Below, piece by piece: positions 37,955 to 51,765 of a stretch of DNA of 64,000 nucleotides. The notes under the pieces were generated by a model. It made no database searches. It saw nothing but the letters and a program-made list of their open reading frames with translations, and was not told the origin of the DNA. The DNA is taken from the NCBI GenBank assembly GCA_002633005.1, contig NMRA01000028.1:186001-250000 (forward strand), read 5' to 3'. The DNA comes from Phoronis australis (lineage: Eukaryota > Animalia > Phoronida). Each line of letters starts with the position of its first letter. The stretch's first letter is position 1. Position numbers and translations under genes: made by a program.

Positions 37955-38023
37955 CTGCCAGTTTAGATCATAGACACCATGTTGTTGTGGTTAATTAAAT
38001 CACTGTTGATGCTATCGTTTTAA

Positions 38024-38848
38024 AGACAATGAGGCCCACCATAAACACATTGGGGGCGAAAACAGTATTTTAAATTTTCGCTTTGAAAGTTTGTAAATAG
38101 CATATTTGAATAGTTCGTGAAAAGCACACATACACGTGATTAGATTTTTGAATTTTGAAAACTGGACGAGAAATGTAACTTTTACAACCTAAAACGTTTG
38201 TTTAATGTTGCCATAATATGTTCGTCATTAATTCTGCTGGGTGTGCAATATAATTGGGTCAATTACCAAACCACCAGGCAGAAGTTGGATTTTGAGGTAA
38301 GCCAAGTGTCATCATACAATTCTTGGCATGTGGACTATAAAATAAGTAACCGAAATTTCATGAGAATTGACCCACCCAAGGCAGACAAATCAACATTTAA
38401 AACAGCTGAAAGCGTCACAATGACCAATAAAAATTTGCCTTATAAATGAATTCAATTGCAGTAGTCGTTGCAAATAACTGGCATATCTAGTGCATAAATA
38501 TAACATTGCTTTTGAAGAAATGTCCTAATAAGCTACTAAAAATAAACACATAATTTTATGTGAACATTTTCTTAATGAAAAAATCCAAAAAGGCTGTCGA
38601 CAACATTGAATAGCTTATAAGACTGAAACTGTTATTATTGGTTCATTATGTCACTCACAATAAAGAAAAAAAAACAGATCTGAACTCAGGTGACACGCCC
38701 CTCTTCATGTGCTAACAGGAAATACTCTTTCATGTTGTTTTAAAGAAAATTTAATAATTGTACCACTCAAAATGTAGTTTTATCCACCTTAGAAATGATT
38801 AAATCCCATTTCGCTGCCGTTTGAGTCCCTAAAACATCCGTAATGTCT
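38024..38848. mobile_element. Kolobok-like non-autonomous element (fragment also at ~11440-11700, inverted)
   Basis: TTAA|AGACAATG ... TAATGTCT|TGAA. Internal segments match 11440-11700 in reverse complement. Confidence 0.45.
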
Positions 38849-39033
38849 TGAAACGACCACTTTACTCTACCAGAGCGTCTACTGCTCAGTTGTCTCCCCT
38901 TGTTATGCAAGTCGACCATTTCAGCAGATTGTTTGCACAATCAGCTGATTTTCAAACGGCTGAACTCACCTCTCAGGAACAAAACCAAGGTCAAACGCCT
39001 TCCAAGGCCCCACAGTGTACCACCCTTGTTTAC

Positions 39034-39078
39034 CTGTTGGTCTAGTTATCACGGCTTTGCGTCGAGGCCGAGAGCGCA
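39034..39078 (-). CDS. Gene A exon 2: (V)RSRPRRKAVITRPT
   Basis: Acceptor ttttgttctag, donor CAG|gtaaac. 45 bp, phase 1 to 1, open frame. Confidence 0.6.
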
Positions 39079-39470
39079 CTAGAACAAAATATGCAGGCCT
39101 ACTTGTAAGCACTTGACTAGTTCAAACGAACACATGTCCGGTCGCTGGAAACCGAAAGCTAAACAAAGTGCGATCTTTGACAGATACTTTAAGTCCAAAT
39201 ACAGAGGGCAACTAATGACACATTTGGGGAGGCTGTTCGGTAAATCAACACCACAGTTACCCACAAAATGAAAATGGATTTGAGCCTTTTGCCTGTCGAT
39301 GCACGAAGCCGAGAACACGAGGTTGGTCCAAGCTGTCCAAGGCAAGGCGAAGCCGACGCCCGGCGCAGTTCTAGTCTTAGTTCTGGGATTGAATTTGAGT
39401 TCAAAAACTGTTTCAATCTGTTTGCAATTCAGACATATGATTAAACAAGAGTCAATCATGATTTTCTCAC

Positions 39471-39540
39471 CATTGGTTGTCTCAGTCTTGGAAGTATTTT
39501 CTGCAGAAACACGACTTTTTTCACCACTGTTGGACGCCAT
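39471..39540 (-). CDS. Gene A (unidentified protein), coding exon 1: MASNSGEKSRVSAENTSKTETTN
   Basis: ATG in aagATGgcg context at 39540. Ends at phase 1 at donor AATG|GTGAGA. Joins in frame to the next exons. Confidence 0.7.
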
Positions 39541-39600
39541 CTTCTGGACACGCCCAACATCCGGGTAATACCCGACACACCCACTAGCAATGATGCTCCG
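39541..39600 (-). promoter_or_regulatory. Putative promoter/5' UTR of gene A
   Basis: CpG-enriched. ETS-like CCGGATGT, and YY1-like AAGATGGCG overlapping the ATG on the minus strand. Confidence 0.35.
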
Positions 39601-42600
39601 TCGCGTTATCAATGAAATCCACCAGGTCACCATAACGAGTTCAATGCAAATTCTAGCCATGAATGGTAGATGTAAGGCTGCAGATGAACAGTAATTTTTA
39701 GTTGCTCTGTCAATTCCATTTTTGCTTATTTGCATTTAATACTGGTAGGGTTTGAATCGAGTGTCATTGACATACTCGTTACGGTGTACAGCCAAAACTT
39801 CCTGAGTCAGCTCATTCTTAACTTTCCATGCCGCAAATTTTGGTAAGTACATGGGCTATTTACTGCTAAATGGAAATTAAACCCAGGGCAGTTGTCGCAA
39901 TGATTTTAAGATTAGAGGTGACTGGATAAAAATCTGGTTCACTCCACATTTGATGTAATTACGATGTCTCATTACGATTGTTCGCCTGGTCTAAAAATGT
40001 TCAGACCGTTATCATAAACAATATTTAACTACCTACAATAAGCACGAGGCTAATTGCTGACAGACACATCAGACCCTTACTCCAAAACCACACATGAATG
40101 GATGGAACTACTTTTGACCAGCTGCATCAGTTTAATAAACAATTTAGGGGATAAAAAGCAAAAGGACAGTTTATAACCAAGCTTTCTGCGGTAAATGCGA
40201 ACACCGGGGATTATATACATGAACCAGTGAGACAACTGAAAACACGAAATACCAGTAACATATACTCAGTATCGTATTATTATTTATACAAATGTTAAAC
40301 AAAGCATTGCACAACGTCAATGGAAATTTTTCAAAACCTACAGATTAAATTAGGACTCAGGAAAGTCCAAGAAATGACAGTAAAATCAAATACCGCTTGT
40401 AGTTCTAACAACTAAGCTTGTATAAAATAAACAATCTCCGTTTCTTCAAAGCTTGTTAATACAAGAAATAGAGGCGAGCAACTAATGAGACATAATTTGA
40501 ACCAAAGTTTCAGCAACTGAACTGTAAAACTTTAACATTCATCAGAGGTAATTGCAACCAATGATAAAAAATACATGGATGCAGAATAACGGTAATTGTA
40601 TTTCACTTATCCAATTAGAAGTATAGTGGTGTAGAACAGAACGTGACAAATTGATGTAGAATAGGAACGATGTACACACACATATATTACCACAGTCAAT
40701 GGATGTTCAGTAGACGCAAAAGACCGAAACAAACCCAAACAAATGGAAAATTACGACACAATTACAACATTGTAGTACTCCACAAGTCTGATGAAAATGC
40801 AGAAGAATCTGGCCTATATAGATGACATTACGTCCGAATAAGCGAGGAATTTATTTTTACGCTTGAATAATCTGATTAATTTGTTCACGTTTCATATAGA
40901 GTGGAGTATTCTTCTTTTTCTTCAACAACAAGGTTTTTTTAAAAACATTTAAAAATGTCGCCTGTATAGTATTAATTTTTGTTCTCGTTATTCATAAGTT
41001 GATAAAATGTTTAGTTGTTGGAATTTTGACCTTTCCTTTATGTTTAGTCCGTTCAGTTAATGTTATTTGTGAAATGAACATTTTCCCACAGCCAAATTGT
41101 TTTCATGTATAGAAAACTCTTTCAAAGAGTTTCTAGTAGAAACTTCAGAGTTCAGCTTTTTGCAGANCAATTTTGACAAGGTAAGAGTTACAGCTAATTA
41201 TCCTATGTGACAGTCTAAATTGAAACCAACGAAGTTTCACGTCAAGTGTAAAATTCAGAAAGTAGGCAAATTTCCACCATTCTGTAGTGTCATAAGTTGA
41301 TAAAATGTTTAGTTGTTGGAATTTTGACCTTTCCTTTATGTTTAGTCCGTTCAGTTAATGTTATTTGTGAAATGAACATTTTCCCACAGCCAAATTGTTT
41401 TCATGTATAGAAAACTCTTTCAAAGAGTTTCTAGTAGAAACTTCAGAGTTCAGCTTTTTGCAGAGAATGTTGCTTTTCAGATTTTAGGTGTGTTCCCTGC
41501 AACTGAATCTAAGATAAAAGAGTAGGAAACAACCAGATGACCACCTGGGATTGCCACTTTTAAGGCTAAGGGATAATTTGATTTTCTGTTATAAAAATCA
41601 AACAAAAGTACGATTTTATAGTTGATCGAGACTTAGTGAGAGAGGATATAATTCTTCGGGGGTTTGCCACCATTTCCCGTCATCATAGCGTGGACTTCAT
41701 TTTACTTTTTTGCCATCATCTGATTCCCTTCTCTATGTGTGATAAGATCTCCTTGAGAAAGAATCAAGTTTCACGTACCGGTAGGCAAACTGTTGTTTAC
41801 AGCTTTATTTACGTTTTGTTGTCTTCAATCCATTAACTACAGAAAATAAATCAAATACACTGGGTGATTTAGAACAGGCACTAACAAAACACAAATGAAT
41901 TACCAATTAGTGATTGCACACTCAGTTAATGTTAAGTAAACGTAATTGAAGAGCATTTATTTATAGGTACCCTGAGTACATGCATACCTATTTTCTCTCC
42001 TCCTAATGACGGAGCTTTAATGTGTTGGAGGGGTATTTTGGTGCTGTCTTGGGACTGAAGTTCCCTTATCTATTTCTCCTGGTTTTATCTCCACTGTCAC
42101 ATAGGAATTAGTCTCAGTCCCTAGCTGAAGTAGTTGTAGGTAACAACCCACACTATCACAACAAATAGACTAAAAAGAGACATGCAGGGTACAGCCTAAT
42201 GTACATGGGATTCTAGGAAGTGAAGCAATACGCGATTACGGCCATAAAAGTGACTCAACTGCGTATTTGTCCTGTTCACTTCAATGTTGTTAACCAAACA
42301 CATGTGGAACGCTTGACAGAACATATGTATAGCCAAAACATAATCTGGGATCGAACAGAATGATGATGGTTTCAAGAAAGCGCCCTAAATTGTCAAATGG
42401 ATTTAGAGGTTGCACTCTACCATGACAAATGGATAGTTTATAAAATTGTGACATCAGCTTATTTCTAAGCTGTAAGGTAACCTTGGTTAGCTTCATTCTC
42501 ATTTTGGGATGCATATAAAGTGTACAGTAAGCTTGTTCAGAGTGTTTCTTTTAATACTTGTACGAAAATGGAGAATTAGTTTACTTTGGTTAATTAAATT

Positions 42601-43259
42601 CAATGTAGTAACCACTTTTAGTTTACACATTCAAATGAAAAACTATAATTAATGAATAAACACGATTGCTTATTTATATTAATAATGTCTAAGATTCTTT
42701 TGACAACTGTTGCCAACTTTATAAAAGTGTGCCATTATCTTGTGTCTTGTTCTACTCACAGGTGCTCATTGAAATGGATGGCACCAGTGACGTCTGCATA
42801 ACCAACTTACACAGGGACATATAATTGCGCAACTTAAAAAGTTCTCAATATATGATGTAGCTGTAAAGCTATTATATCCACTATTACGAAAATATCATGA
42901 CGTTCTGGAAAGTGCATGAATGAAACTGAAAGCTTGTATCAAATCACCAAATGAAAACCTGTACAGAAAATCACTATTTATACACCACTTTCACATCAAC
43001 TTATTATTTTGTAAAATTATAAATATTGGATGTAGAAAGAATCGATGTCATCTCATACACTGTTTTTGTGTTGTTTTTGTATATTTTAACGAAAACTCTT
43101 TAAGTATTTTATAAAAATTCATTTTTAGCGTGTACAGAATACTAGGCTGGGTGTTAGTTCCAATGTTTACTATTACTACTAGCCGCTACTAGTAGTGATA
43201 ATGAGGATGTCGGTAAGTTGACACTTTCTACGTTATAAACATAACAGCTGTCCGAGATA

Positions 43260-43510
43260 TGGGACCTGTTCCAAGAAACTGACTTAAGTTCATTTTTGAC
43301 TTTAGTTTAAGATTCATCTTAACTTCCAAACTTTGAAACTTCCACATTCGGTAAGTTAGTCAAAATTAAGACACAACTTATGTCAAACACTTAAGTCAAA
43401 CTTAAGATCTCTTTCTTGGATTGGTTTTGAGACAAATTTAATTATGATTCTAAAATTTACTAAAATTTAAGATTTGTCTTAGCTAAGTCAGTTTTGTTAA
43501 AACAGGCCCC
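43260..43510. mobile_element. PIF/Harbinger-like MITE
   Basis: TIR gggacctgttccaagaaactgactta / taagtcagttttgttaaaacaggcccc, with internal cttaag motifs. Confidence 0.6.
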
Positions 43511-44206
43511 TGTACTGTTGTAGCTAAAGACCAAGCGAGTTTTTTCTCATGTGACAAGTAATGTCAGCGACGTCCAACTATACTAACGTTGGCCTACATT
43601 GACAACGTACTTCTTTAATACTTTATGGCTACTTTTACTGAGAGGCAAATTTTAGACGATTATGTCGTGCTTGTATTCAGTTGCCATTGACAGGTGTGAT
43701 TTACGATGAGTCTTACTTTTTGTCTTAGTTTCTTCGCCATGTAAGATTTAAATTTACTGTTACATAACAGGACCAGAAAACAAGTAACCGCGAGATGTGC
43801 AGCACAACATATAATCTTTTGTTTTCTGAAATTATGAGCATTTATTTTTCCCGAGTAATAATCAACTGCCAGTTCTTCCGTCTCTAAACCAGACTAGTCA
43901 GGGTATAATTTAAGATCAGTGGTCTGAGTGAAAAGAATTTTTTTTGAAAGAAGTCGAGAATATATCACTCAACATTAAAACATGTTTGCAACAACGCTGG
44001 TTCCGTTTATGGTTATTTAGGACCTTATCAATATTTGAAAAAATGTAGAAATTAGCTTTTTAAAAGTATATATTTCCGAAAGTAGAGAGACTGCAGTTTT
44101 TTTACCCTTATGCCAACCCTTCATTAATTAGGGCACGTGATCACATTTGTTGGTAAAATTTAAAAAGAACAAAAAATACGCAAAAGATTTATGCAACTCA
44201 GTTGAG

Positions 44207-44370
44207 CACAGGCGGATACAGGTTGGAGGGTCAAATGGGTCTTGACCCCCATTTTCCCTCAATTTTATTGATATCAAATCTAGAATTTTCAAATTGTTGA
44301 CTTGTACCACCCTTCTTAAAAAATCTTTGATCCGATACCCCCCTTTTAAAAAATCCTGGATCTGTCACCA
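44207..44370. mobile_element. Small hAT-like MITE with 5-bp TSD
   Basis: TTGAG|CACAGGCGGATACAGG ... CCTGGATCTGTCACCA|TTGAG. Confidence 0.55.
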
Positions 44371-45229
44371 TTGAGTCGATATTTGGTACTGTTTCATGAA
44401 ATTGGGCACAGACCCCCCTACTTGAAAATAATTTTAATATTATTTCAAATCAAAGTTTGTGTGTTAAACTTTTAATAATTAATTGATACTAACACCTGGA
44501 ATATTTGGTTGAGGTTCCCCGTTTTTGCCCCTAACTTTTTCTTCAGGAGACCTATCTTATGTTTATTACTTCCGTGACCCCCCTGGACAAAATTCTACAG
44601 GTTCTGTACCTGTCCATCCTCAAATCGCACCTCTGATTACTGAGTCGCCCTCTTGCTTATGATGTATTTCTCGTTAATTTATATTACCTTTGCTATCCAA
44701 ATTTTTTCTTGATTTGTTCTATATTTTGCCTATGTGTATTTTTCCATTACACTGCTCATGTTTTTGTCCTCAATATTTTAAACAAAGACACACACGGAAG
44801 AACGTATCCCATTTTCTACCCGATGATATTTGGATGTATCTATCCTAAGACGATAGCAAAAAGTCAAGGATTATCCACCCGAAATAATAATTATTCCCAA
44901 GGCGACCTGGCAGTATGTCTGACTAACCAACCCTTCAGGACAAGTACCCTCCCCCCTCCAANCCTCCTACCATCTGGCATGACCTGGTGTCTGCACTCAA
45001 GTACTTTCTTTATAAATTTATAAACATTTATGCACATATTTTTTACAATAGTGCGCCTGCCTCCACTGCAGCCAAATGTTGAATTTTGTCAAAAGTTAGG
45101 CTTCTCGAGAACTCAGACTATTGGTAAAGATTTTGCGAAGATTCTTTGACCCGTCAAGGACTGGACGTAGCGCTGAGTCATAAACATACTCAACTATTTT
45201 ACTTCAGAATGTCTGCGACAAAAACTTAA

Positions 45230-45597
45230 AGAGGCATGGAACGCGAAAACTCGTAAAAATTACCTTTTTTAACAGTTGGCAGCAAATCTACTTCTTGGGG
45301 TGCTAAGTTGAGAGTTATTCACTAGATAGAATGGAAATGTGCTACGTCTGTCTTTGAATAGCAAATAAGGAGAGATGCTTTGCCGTATGGGGGAAAATCG
45401 ACGAAGTGACGAGCAGTTGACACATTGTTCTATTGACGTTTGAAAGTAAAAAGGAGAAATGCCATGACATATCAACAGAAATTCAAAATCTTTACGAATA
45501 AACCGTGAAAAACTGGTGAACAGTTTGACTTCTGTTTCAGTAGCAGAGAAACACTTTGAATAACGCAGTTTAGTCTGTTTTCAGGTTCTTTGTCACT
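45230..45597 (+). mobile_element. ~370-bp Kolobok-type MITE
   Basis: TTAA|AGAGGCATGGAACGCGAAAAC ... GTTTTCAGGTTCTTTGTCACT|TTAA. Related copy inverted at 62865-63217. Confidence 0.65.
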
Positions 45598-46476
45598 TTA
45601 AGAGGTACGGGGTTCCCTGCTCACACCCTCCCTGCTCAGAGAAAAGAGGATGAAGACTCCGTCCACGCACATTGCGATCCGCGAAAAATCTCTTTTGACC
45701 ACCTGAGTAAAATAATATCTTCTTCAAAGTTGAATTTCCAAGAAATGGAGACAAAACGTTCTTCAAAAGTTGCAATTATAAGTGTATTCCTTTGTGCAAT
45801 GCCATAACATGGTATACTACGAGCACAACCAGCAAGTGACTCAAAATATTGTTATTCCTTCCTTAGTCAACATGAATAAAATAGCACGTGGAGTCATTAA
45901 CAACTTTTTCACAACGACAGTGAACTGCTTTTATTTCAGTCCCAGTGCGGCAGTCCAGAATACTGAACGAAAAGAATATATATATATATTTAGTGGAATT
46001 AGCGTATTTACAAATGGTCAAGTCATAGTATCCGCTGTTCCATACACGAAATGTCAATACCTTATTTCGCAATAATATTTTATCACGCATCTTGCTCTCT
46101 TCAACAATTTCAGCCAACAATCCGGTACAGTGCGACTGAAGGCCCAAACACTGTACATGTTCCTCTAGCAAGAACGGCATCAGTCTCTAGGCACCATGAG
46201 TACTAACGTCTCACACGGAGACTGCTTTGACAGGTTGTTTCATAAATATAGCTTGCAAGTTGGCACATTCGATTAAATATGAAATTACATGTTCAAAATT
46301 TATCAGAGTCCGTCCTCCTCGCAACTGATCGTGGCTTTCTAACAGCGCCACCGATATGTCGCTAATTTGCCCTCTGTTCCCCCTCACCACAGTACGTCAT
46401 GCTCTGTACACAAATTAAGCAATAATATCATAGAAGTATGTACTCATAATATGCAGGTGCACCTATCAAACATTCT

Positions 46477-46663
46477 TCATGTTTCAGATGGCCACCTTGA
46501 CAAACTTCTTAACCGCCTGTGTCTAAACCGTCGTCGCTTCGGCTTTTTGATTCGCCTCCGCCTAGAATTTTTCTTGCCCTTTTTCTTCGGACAATAGCCT
46601 GTGATTGGATCGAATGCACCATGCCTACACGTCGGCAAGTGACATTTTTCCTCCTTTACGCAC
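46477..46663 (-). CDS. PDGF/VEGF-like protein, last coding exon: CVKEEKCHLPTCRHGAFDPITGYCP + Lys/Arg-rich tail, stop
   Basis: Acceptor gttatttcag, phase 2, 187 bp to TGA. In frame with the two previous exons. Overlaps ORF 46477..46695. Confidence 0.85.
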
Positions 46664-49477
46664 CTGAAATAACAACATGAAGGCAATTTTGCCATGGCCG
46701 GTATTTGATTAATTTTGTATTAACCGACGTATAATTAATACAAAATCAACGTGACTGACGTTTGATCTTGCACATCACCTAGACAGTGTGGACACAGCAC
46801 CCTTCCTCAATGGATCATGGGCTATAGCACCACAGCCGCCCTGTGGCGCACCGCCGTAGATCCTGGACTGCACAGCACTGAAATCAGTGGGGGGCTACAG
46901 TCCCCCACAGCCCCTTATGGTGCGCTGCCCATGTGTATCCCCGATTGTGAGTTGTTATTCGTTAAATCAACTGTGCGCCAGTATCAATATGAATTTCCAT
47001 GACAAATTGGTGCACCTGTATTTTCGCAGTCGATTGAAAGTGTAAGTTTGATGTTGATTCTTACAAACGGGTGGGACGGTGGTTCAAGTTTCACGTCAAG
47101 TTTAACTGGAGTGGGGACGAGGGGCACGTGCTTCTCCCCCAATAATTTGCAGGCTTCAGGGTTAAATCGTGACAAAAAATCCAAGAAAACATTTGTGCTT
47201 GATTTACCCTTAAGTTCTCCTGCATTGTTAGGGAGCCCGTTTGTTGCAATATTGTTAGGGAGCCCGTTTGTTGCAACATTTAAACGCACTTGAAAACATG
47301 GACTTAATGCACATGTATTTCGAAAAAGTTGAGAAAATTTGCAAAGCACAGCTTTTACAGATTATATTAATTCACTGGATTTTTAAAATGAAGAAGCAAT
47401 TTTAGGTAATGCAAAATTATATTTCTCAAGGGACTTATCTGACGCTTTCTTTTTTCATTTTTTCTCGAAATTGTATATCACTTGACAAAAATTGAGAACC
47501 AGACAGATGGCATCAACTGCTGCTGAAATGATGTATTCTTTTATATTTAGGGTCCCATTGATAGTATCCATGCGGCCACCTTTTTCATGTCTTTTATATG
47601 ACCGCTCACAGAGTTAGGGTCCAGTGATGGAATCAATTGCTTCTGTTTTACTGTTTTTGTGAAATCGTACAACCTTTTATGTTAAGGAAGGGCACTTCTT
47701 GACCGAGCGTCAAACGATGATAGAATTAACTGTCACTCTTTTCCATTTTTAATGATGTTTGGCCTTTCATACTTAGGGGCCACCTTTCAGGAGTCCGCTC
47801 TCGAAGGGGCGGTCCAAGGCAATTGCCTCTTTGCCCCTTTATAAATCCAACACTGTCAACTATTCCTGAGGAGAAGACGACGAGATTTTAAAACCATGCA
47901 AAGCCTAGAAGTATTAAGATATTCGTCCCAAACAACTGAAAATGGCTGTGTTGAAAAATACAATAGAATGGACCGCCATCGAAAGGATGGAAGATTGAAA
48001 AACTCGAAGTTTACTATTTGTGATTAACACAAAAGGAATATTTCCGATGGTTTTACAACAATAAAATAATGATACTCTTCCCATAGAATTGTAAGAATAC
48101 CATTCCTTTAAATGTCTTTATTAGGAGTTGTTTGTAAGAAAATCATACATGTCGAAAGGACTGGCGGGGTTACGTTTTTGATGGTCTTGTACAAGGTACA
48201 TGTCAAGCGGATGAAGGTAAGGTACTGTATATAAGCTAGCGATCGTAAACTTTCAGCGATTTTTGGAGTAGAAGTTTAACTCACAAAACCTTAATATCTA
48301 CCTCTGGCATGAACCAAAATACAAGCTAACACGATTAAATTCGAAAAACGTCTTTCCAAAGTCCGTGGGATGTCCCATCTCCCATGTTCCCTCAGTTGCC
48401 CGTCAAGAATTTGCGAGAATGCCTTCGGGAATTGCTTATAATATTCTGTTTTGATAAACAACGAATGTAGTCCAATTTATTGGTTTTTGACTGGGATTTA
48501 CGTGTTTATGTATCTACGAAAATCTATTGATACATGTAAATGATTTTTTGACAATTACAAGCTAATGTTGTAAGAATTTACGATGCTTCAGGGAACTTAG
48601 CTAGAAGCTGAAGATGGGAAAATCATATGATCCTCAAACAGCAACGTTCTCTGGACGATTTTGCCTATATGAAATACCTCCCTTCGGACAATACTACAAG
48701 GTGTTTCACGATTCAAATGACAAGAAATGCATTGTTTGTTGACTTAGAAACAAGATAACTGGTTTAAATTCACAAACGGGTGATAAAAAGACTTTTAAGA
48801 GTCTTTAAATCACATTAAAGGAATGGCTTCTTGGGAAGAATTTATAGTTGCCTTTGCACTTAATTCCTAGTAGTATAGCACAATACATTTTCTCGTTCCT
48901 GAAACTGAGTCATTCCTGTGCTTACAGAGCACGTGATGTCTAACGCATCCACTTTCAAAATAAGGTGTAACCAAACAGTGGATCCGGGCGCAGAATCTGA
49001 TCCACGGGAACTCAATTGAACTCCCGACATTGTACTAAAATGTGGGTACATTTTGGGATACCCTGTCTATCATTAATTTGTCCCAAACCACCAGAAACTG
49101 GGCTTTCCGTGTTTTAACAATAGGTTTTGAAACAGCTCCACTGGAAAAGTACCAGGGGACACCGGAGTCTTACCCTTTCATAATATATCTTTAAAACATG
49201 GCCCTAATAAGATGAACTTTCACCAAACTGGACCGTAATAAAATCAATCTTGACCTTTAGGCCCGGGCAGACGTATGGGTACGAGCTCGAGTTGCCTTAA
49301 ATCTTAATTGAATCATAGTTGAGCTCTACACCTAGTTAATCCAGTCTGCTCACAGCTATAGGTCACTTCAGTTGAGGCAGAGAGCAAAAATTTGGCTCTC
49401 ACAATTTTCACCATCCTGCGCTCCTGAAATGCATATTTACGAAAGATGTAGATCAGCAGACTGTCCTGTTGTCTTAC

Positions 49478-49609
49478 TTTAGTTGGCTTGTTGAAAGCGA
49501 CTTTCTCCCATTTTTTACTGCTTTGCACGACCTCTCTCGGTCAAAACACTCGCAGCTGCAGTGTGGGCCGTTCCGCCTCAAAATAAACGGAACCGGGCAT
49601 CGGGTGCAC
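49478..49609 (-). CDS. PDGF/VEGF-like protein, exon n-1: CTRCPVPFILRRNGPHCSCECFDRERSCKAVKNGRKSLSTSQL
   Basis: Acceptor ttcccttccag, donor AA|gtaaga. 132 bp, phase 2 to 2, Cys-rich with CxCxC. Confidence 0.85.
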
Positions 49610-50504
49610 CTGGAAGGGAAAAGTCACAATAATTCAGGTTCATCAGGAAATCATGTATCGATATCAATGTGAATGGAAGGGTCAACAATTTACACGCTTT
49701 TCATGATCGGAAGCGACGGTCTGGCAGTATTTACTACGTAAGCGAACACTAGTATATGGGCGGCTCACCATAGGGGGCTGGGGGGCTTTAACCCCCAACT
49801 TATTTCAGTGCTGCGCCGTCCATGCGCCAACAGAAGGTGTAGGTGGTATGAGAAAACTCTTTTGAAATAGATATCAGAAAGGCGGCGAAAATATTGGAAT
49901 TGAAATCTCATTTACGCCCATAGTAGATATCATTACGAATTCAAACATGAAACTGGTTTTAGTTTCTATGACGAAACTTGCGTGTGAGTCATGACCACCG
50001 TTTTAGGCTCATATAAGACCGTACCCCTGAATATTTTACTTGTATTTGGCAAAATCAAGAAAGCTAACAGCGCAGAAAAGCCCCGACGGTACAAAATATG
50101 CAACAAAGACAGACACAGCCCCAGCCGTACGTAGCAGATACGTGAGCTCAACTGGAGATCGCCATCACGAAAAGCAAAAATGAAACCTACGGCGTCGCTG
50201 CAAGCAGTGTCACCGACAACCTTTGAACACCTTCGCCGAATCGACTTACTCTTCTAGCCAAATTAAACCATTCACTTGCTTTTTGCATCCCCAAGTTGAC
50301 AAATTTATCACCACCACCACATTGTTTTTTCCTTCTACCAATAGACTGTGGAATAACCTGAGCCAAGAGACACTTTGAGGGCTCTCAGTATTAGACACGT
50401 AGCTTGACATATCTTTGCAGCCACAGCACCAGCGGCTCAGATCATTCTCGAAGATTATTTCACTGCGCTTAATCGCTTTTAACTGCACTTACGAGTTCTT
50501 TGAT

Positions 50505-50700
50505 ACGCCGTAAAATGTAACAATTTCGTAAAATGTAACAAATATTATATTTTACGTCAGTGTTACATTTTACGTCGCTACGTCTCTTCTAAAATGTAAT
50601 AAGTTGTTACATTTTATGTAGTTGTTACATTTTACGTAGTTCTTACATTTTACGTTGAATGCACATGCGAGAAATGTACCATTGTTACATTTTACGAAAC
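50505..50700. repeat. Cluster of cgtaaaatgtaac motifs in both orientations (MITE remnant)
   Basis: gtaaaatgtaac x2-3 followed by gttacattttac x5. Confidence 0.6.
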
Positions 50701-51609
50701 CAACGTCATATTACAAGGAAAATGACTAAAACACGAAGGAGTGGTATCTGACACGGCCAGGGGTACAGAAGTATTTATGGACAAGGGGGTGCCGCCCGAA
50801 AAACTTCGATGCCTACTCGTTTAGAAAGTGAGCTCGGACAAAGAAATGACCCAATTAGAGACTGATTTTGTGTAAAAATTCACATTTTTGCACAGTTCAG
50901 TTCCAGAAAAGGCACACTTTTAGATTGCATTCTGTCGAAAATGGCACCATTTTGGAACTTTCTGCTGCGAAAAAACCTTTTGGGCGGGACTTTTCGTATA
51001 CTTTATCTATAGGAATGCTCTCCGGGCTGAAACGGCATGAATTTGGCTACCCATTATCATTTTTATTAGTATTACATTATTATTACTACTATGTCTACTA
51101 TTACTTCTATTACTACTATCACCATTATCGTTATCGTTATCATCATTATTAATATTAATAATTTTGGGCGCAGTGCAATATGCACAATACATGTTAATCA
51201 AAGTGTAAAACATCATGGTCTTAAAAGATTTAAAATAATCTCATTTATGGTTCAATGTTTTCATTGGGCTTTCCATTGTGGACAGCGAGTGCTGTTTCAA
51301 AACGATTTTAAAGGTGTTCCTGTGTTCAGCCCTAACGATATTGTGAGAAATGTCTTGTCAGCAGTGGATGCAGAGTTCGCTTATTTTTTGGAAACGAGGA
51401 GGTTGAGATTTAAAGTCTTGTTTAGACGTGTGCCAACTTCAAAAATTATTTTTGAACTATCGGTATTGTTTGTAAATATAACTATATCCTTCTGTAGTTT
51501 ACCTCGAAGAAGTGAATTCAGACCGTAATCATTTACTTGCAACGTGAGGATACCCACCGTGTAATCATTTTTGTCTCTTGTTGAAAACATTCCTTTTCAA
51601 AGAACTGGG

Positions 51610-51765
51610 CATTGCTGTAGTGGTAAAATAAGAGGTAACTAGGCGCCCAAAGCCCACCGTACCACCTTGAGCACGGAACGTAACTTGCGGTGCGTAGGCG
51701 CTACGTTCAAATGCCAAAAGGTGGTTGGCTGCGCCTACGTGCGCCTACGCCCCACTACAGCATTG
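51610..51765. mobile_element. hAT MITE with 8-bp TSD
   Basis: GAACTGGG|CATTGCTGTAGTGG ... CCACTACAGCATTG|GAACTGAG. Confidence 0.75.

Noticed and set aside
39079-39735. 218-aa ORF as a single-exon gene
   Set aside because: Only 39540-39471 looks coding. The rest is promoter and intron 1 read-through past a good splice donor.
40992-41464. Perfect ~175-bp direct duplication (40992-41166 and 41290-41464)
   Set aside because: Identical copies abut a single N at 41167, typical of a contig-overlap assembly artefact.
45593-46476. Short ORFs downstream of the PVF-like stop
   Set aside because: Positioned as 3' UTR or flank of the PVF-like gene, with no convincing motifs.
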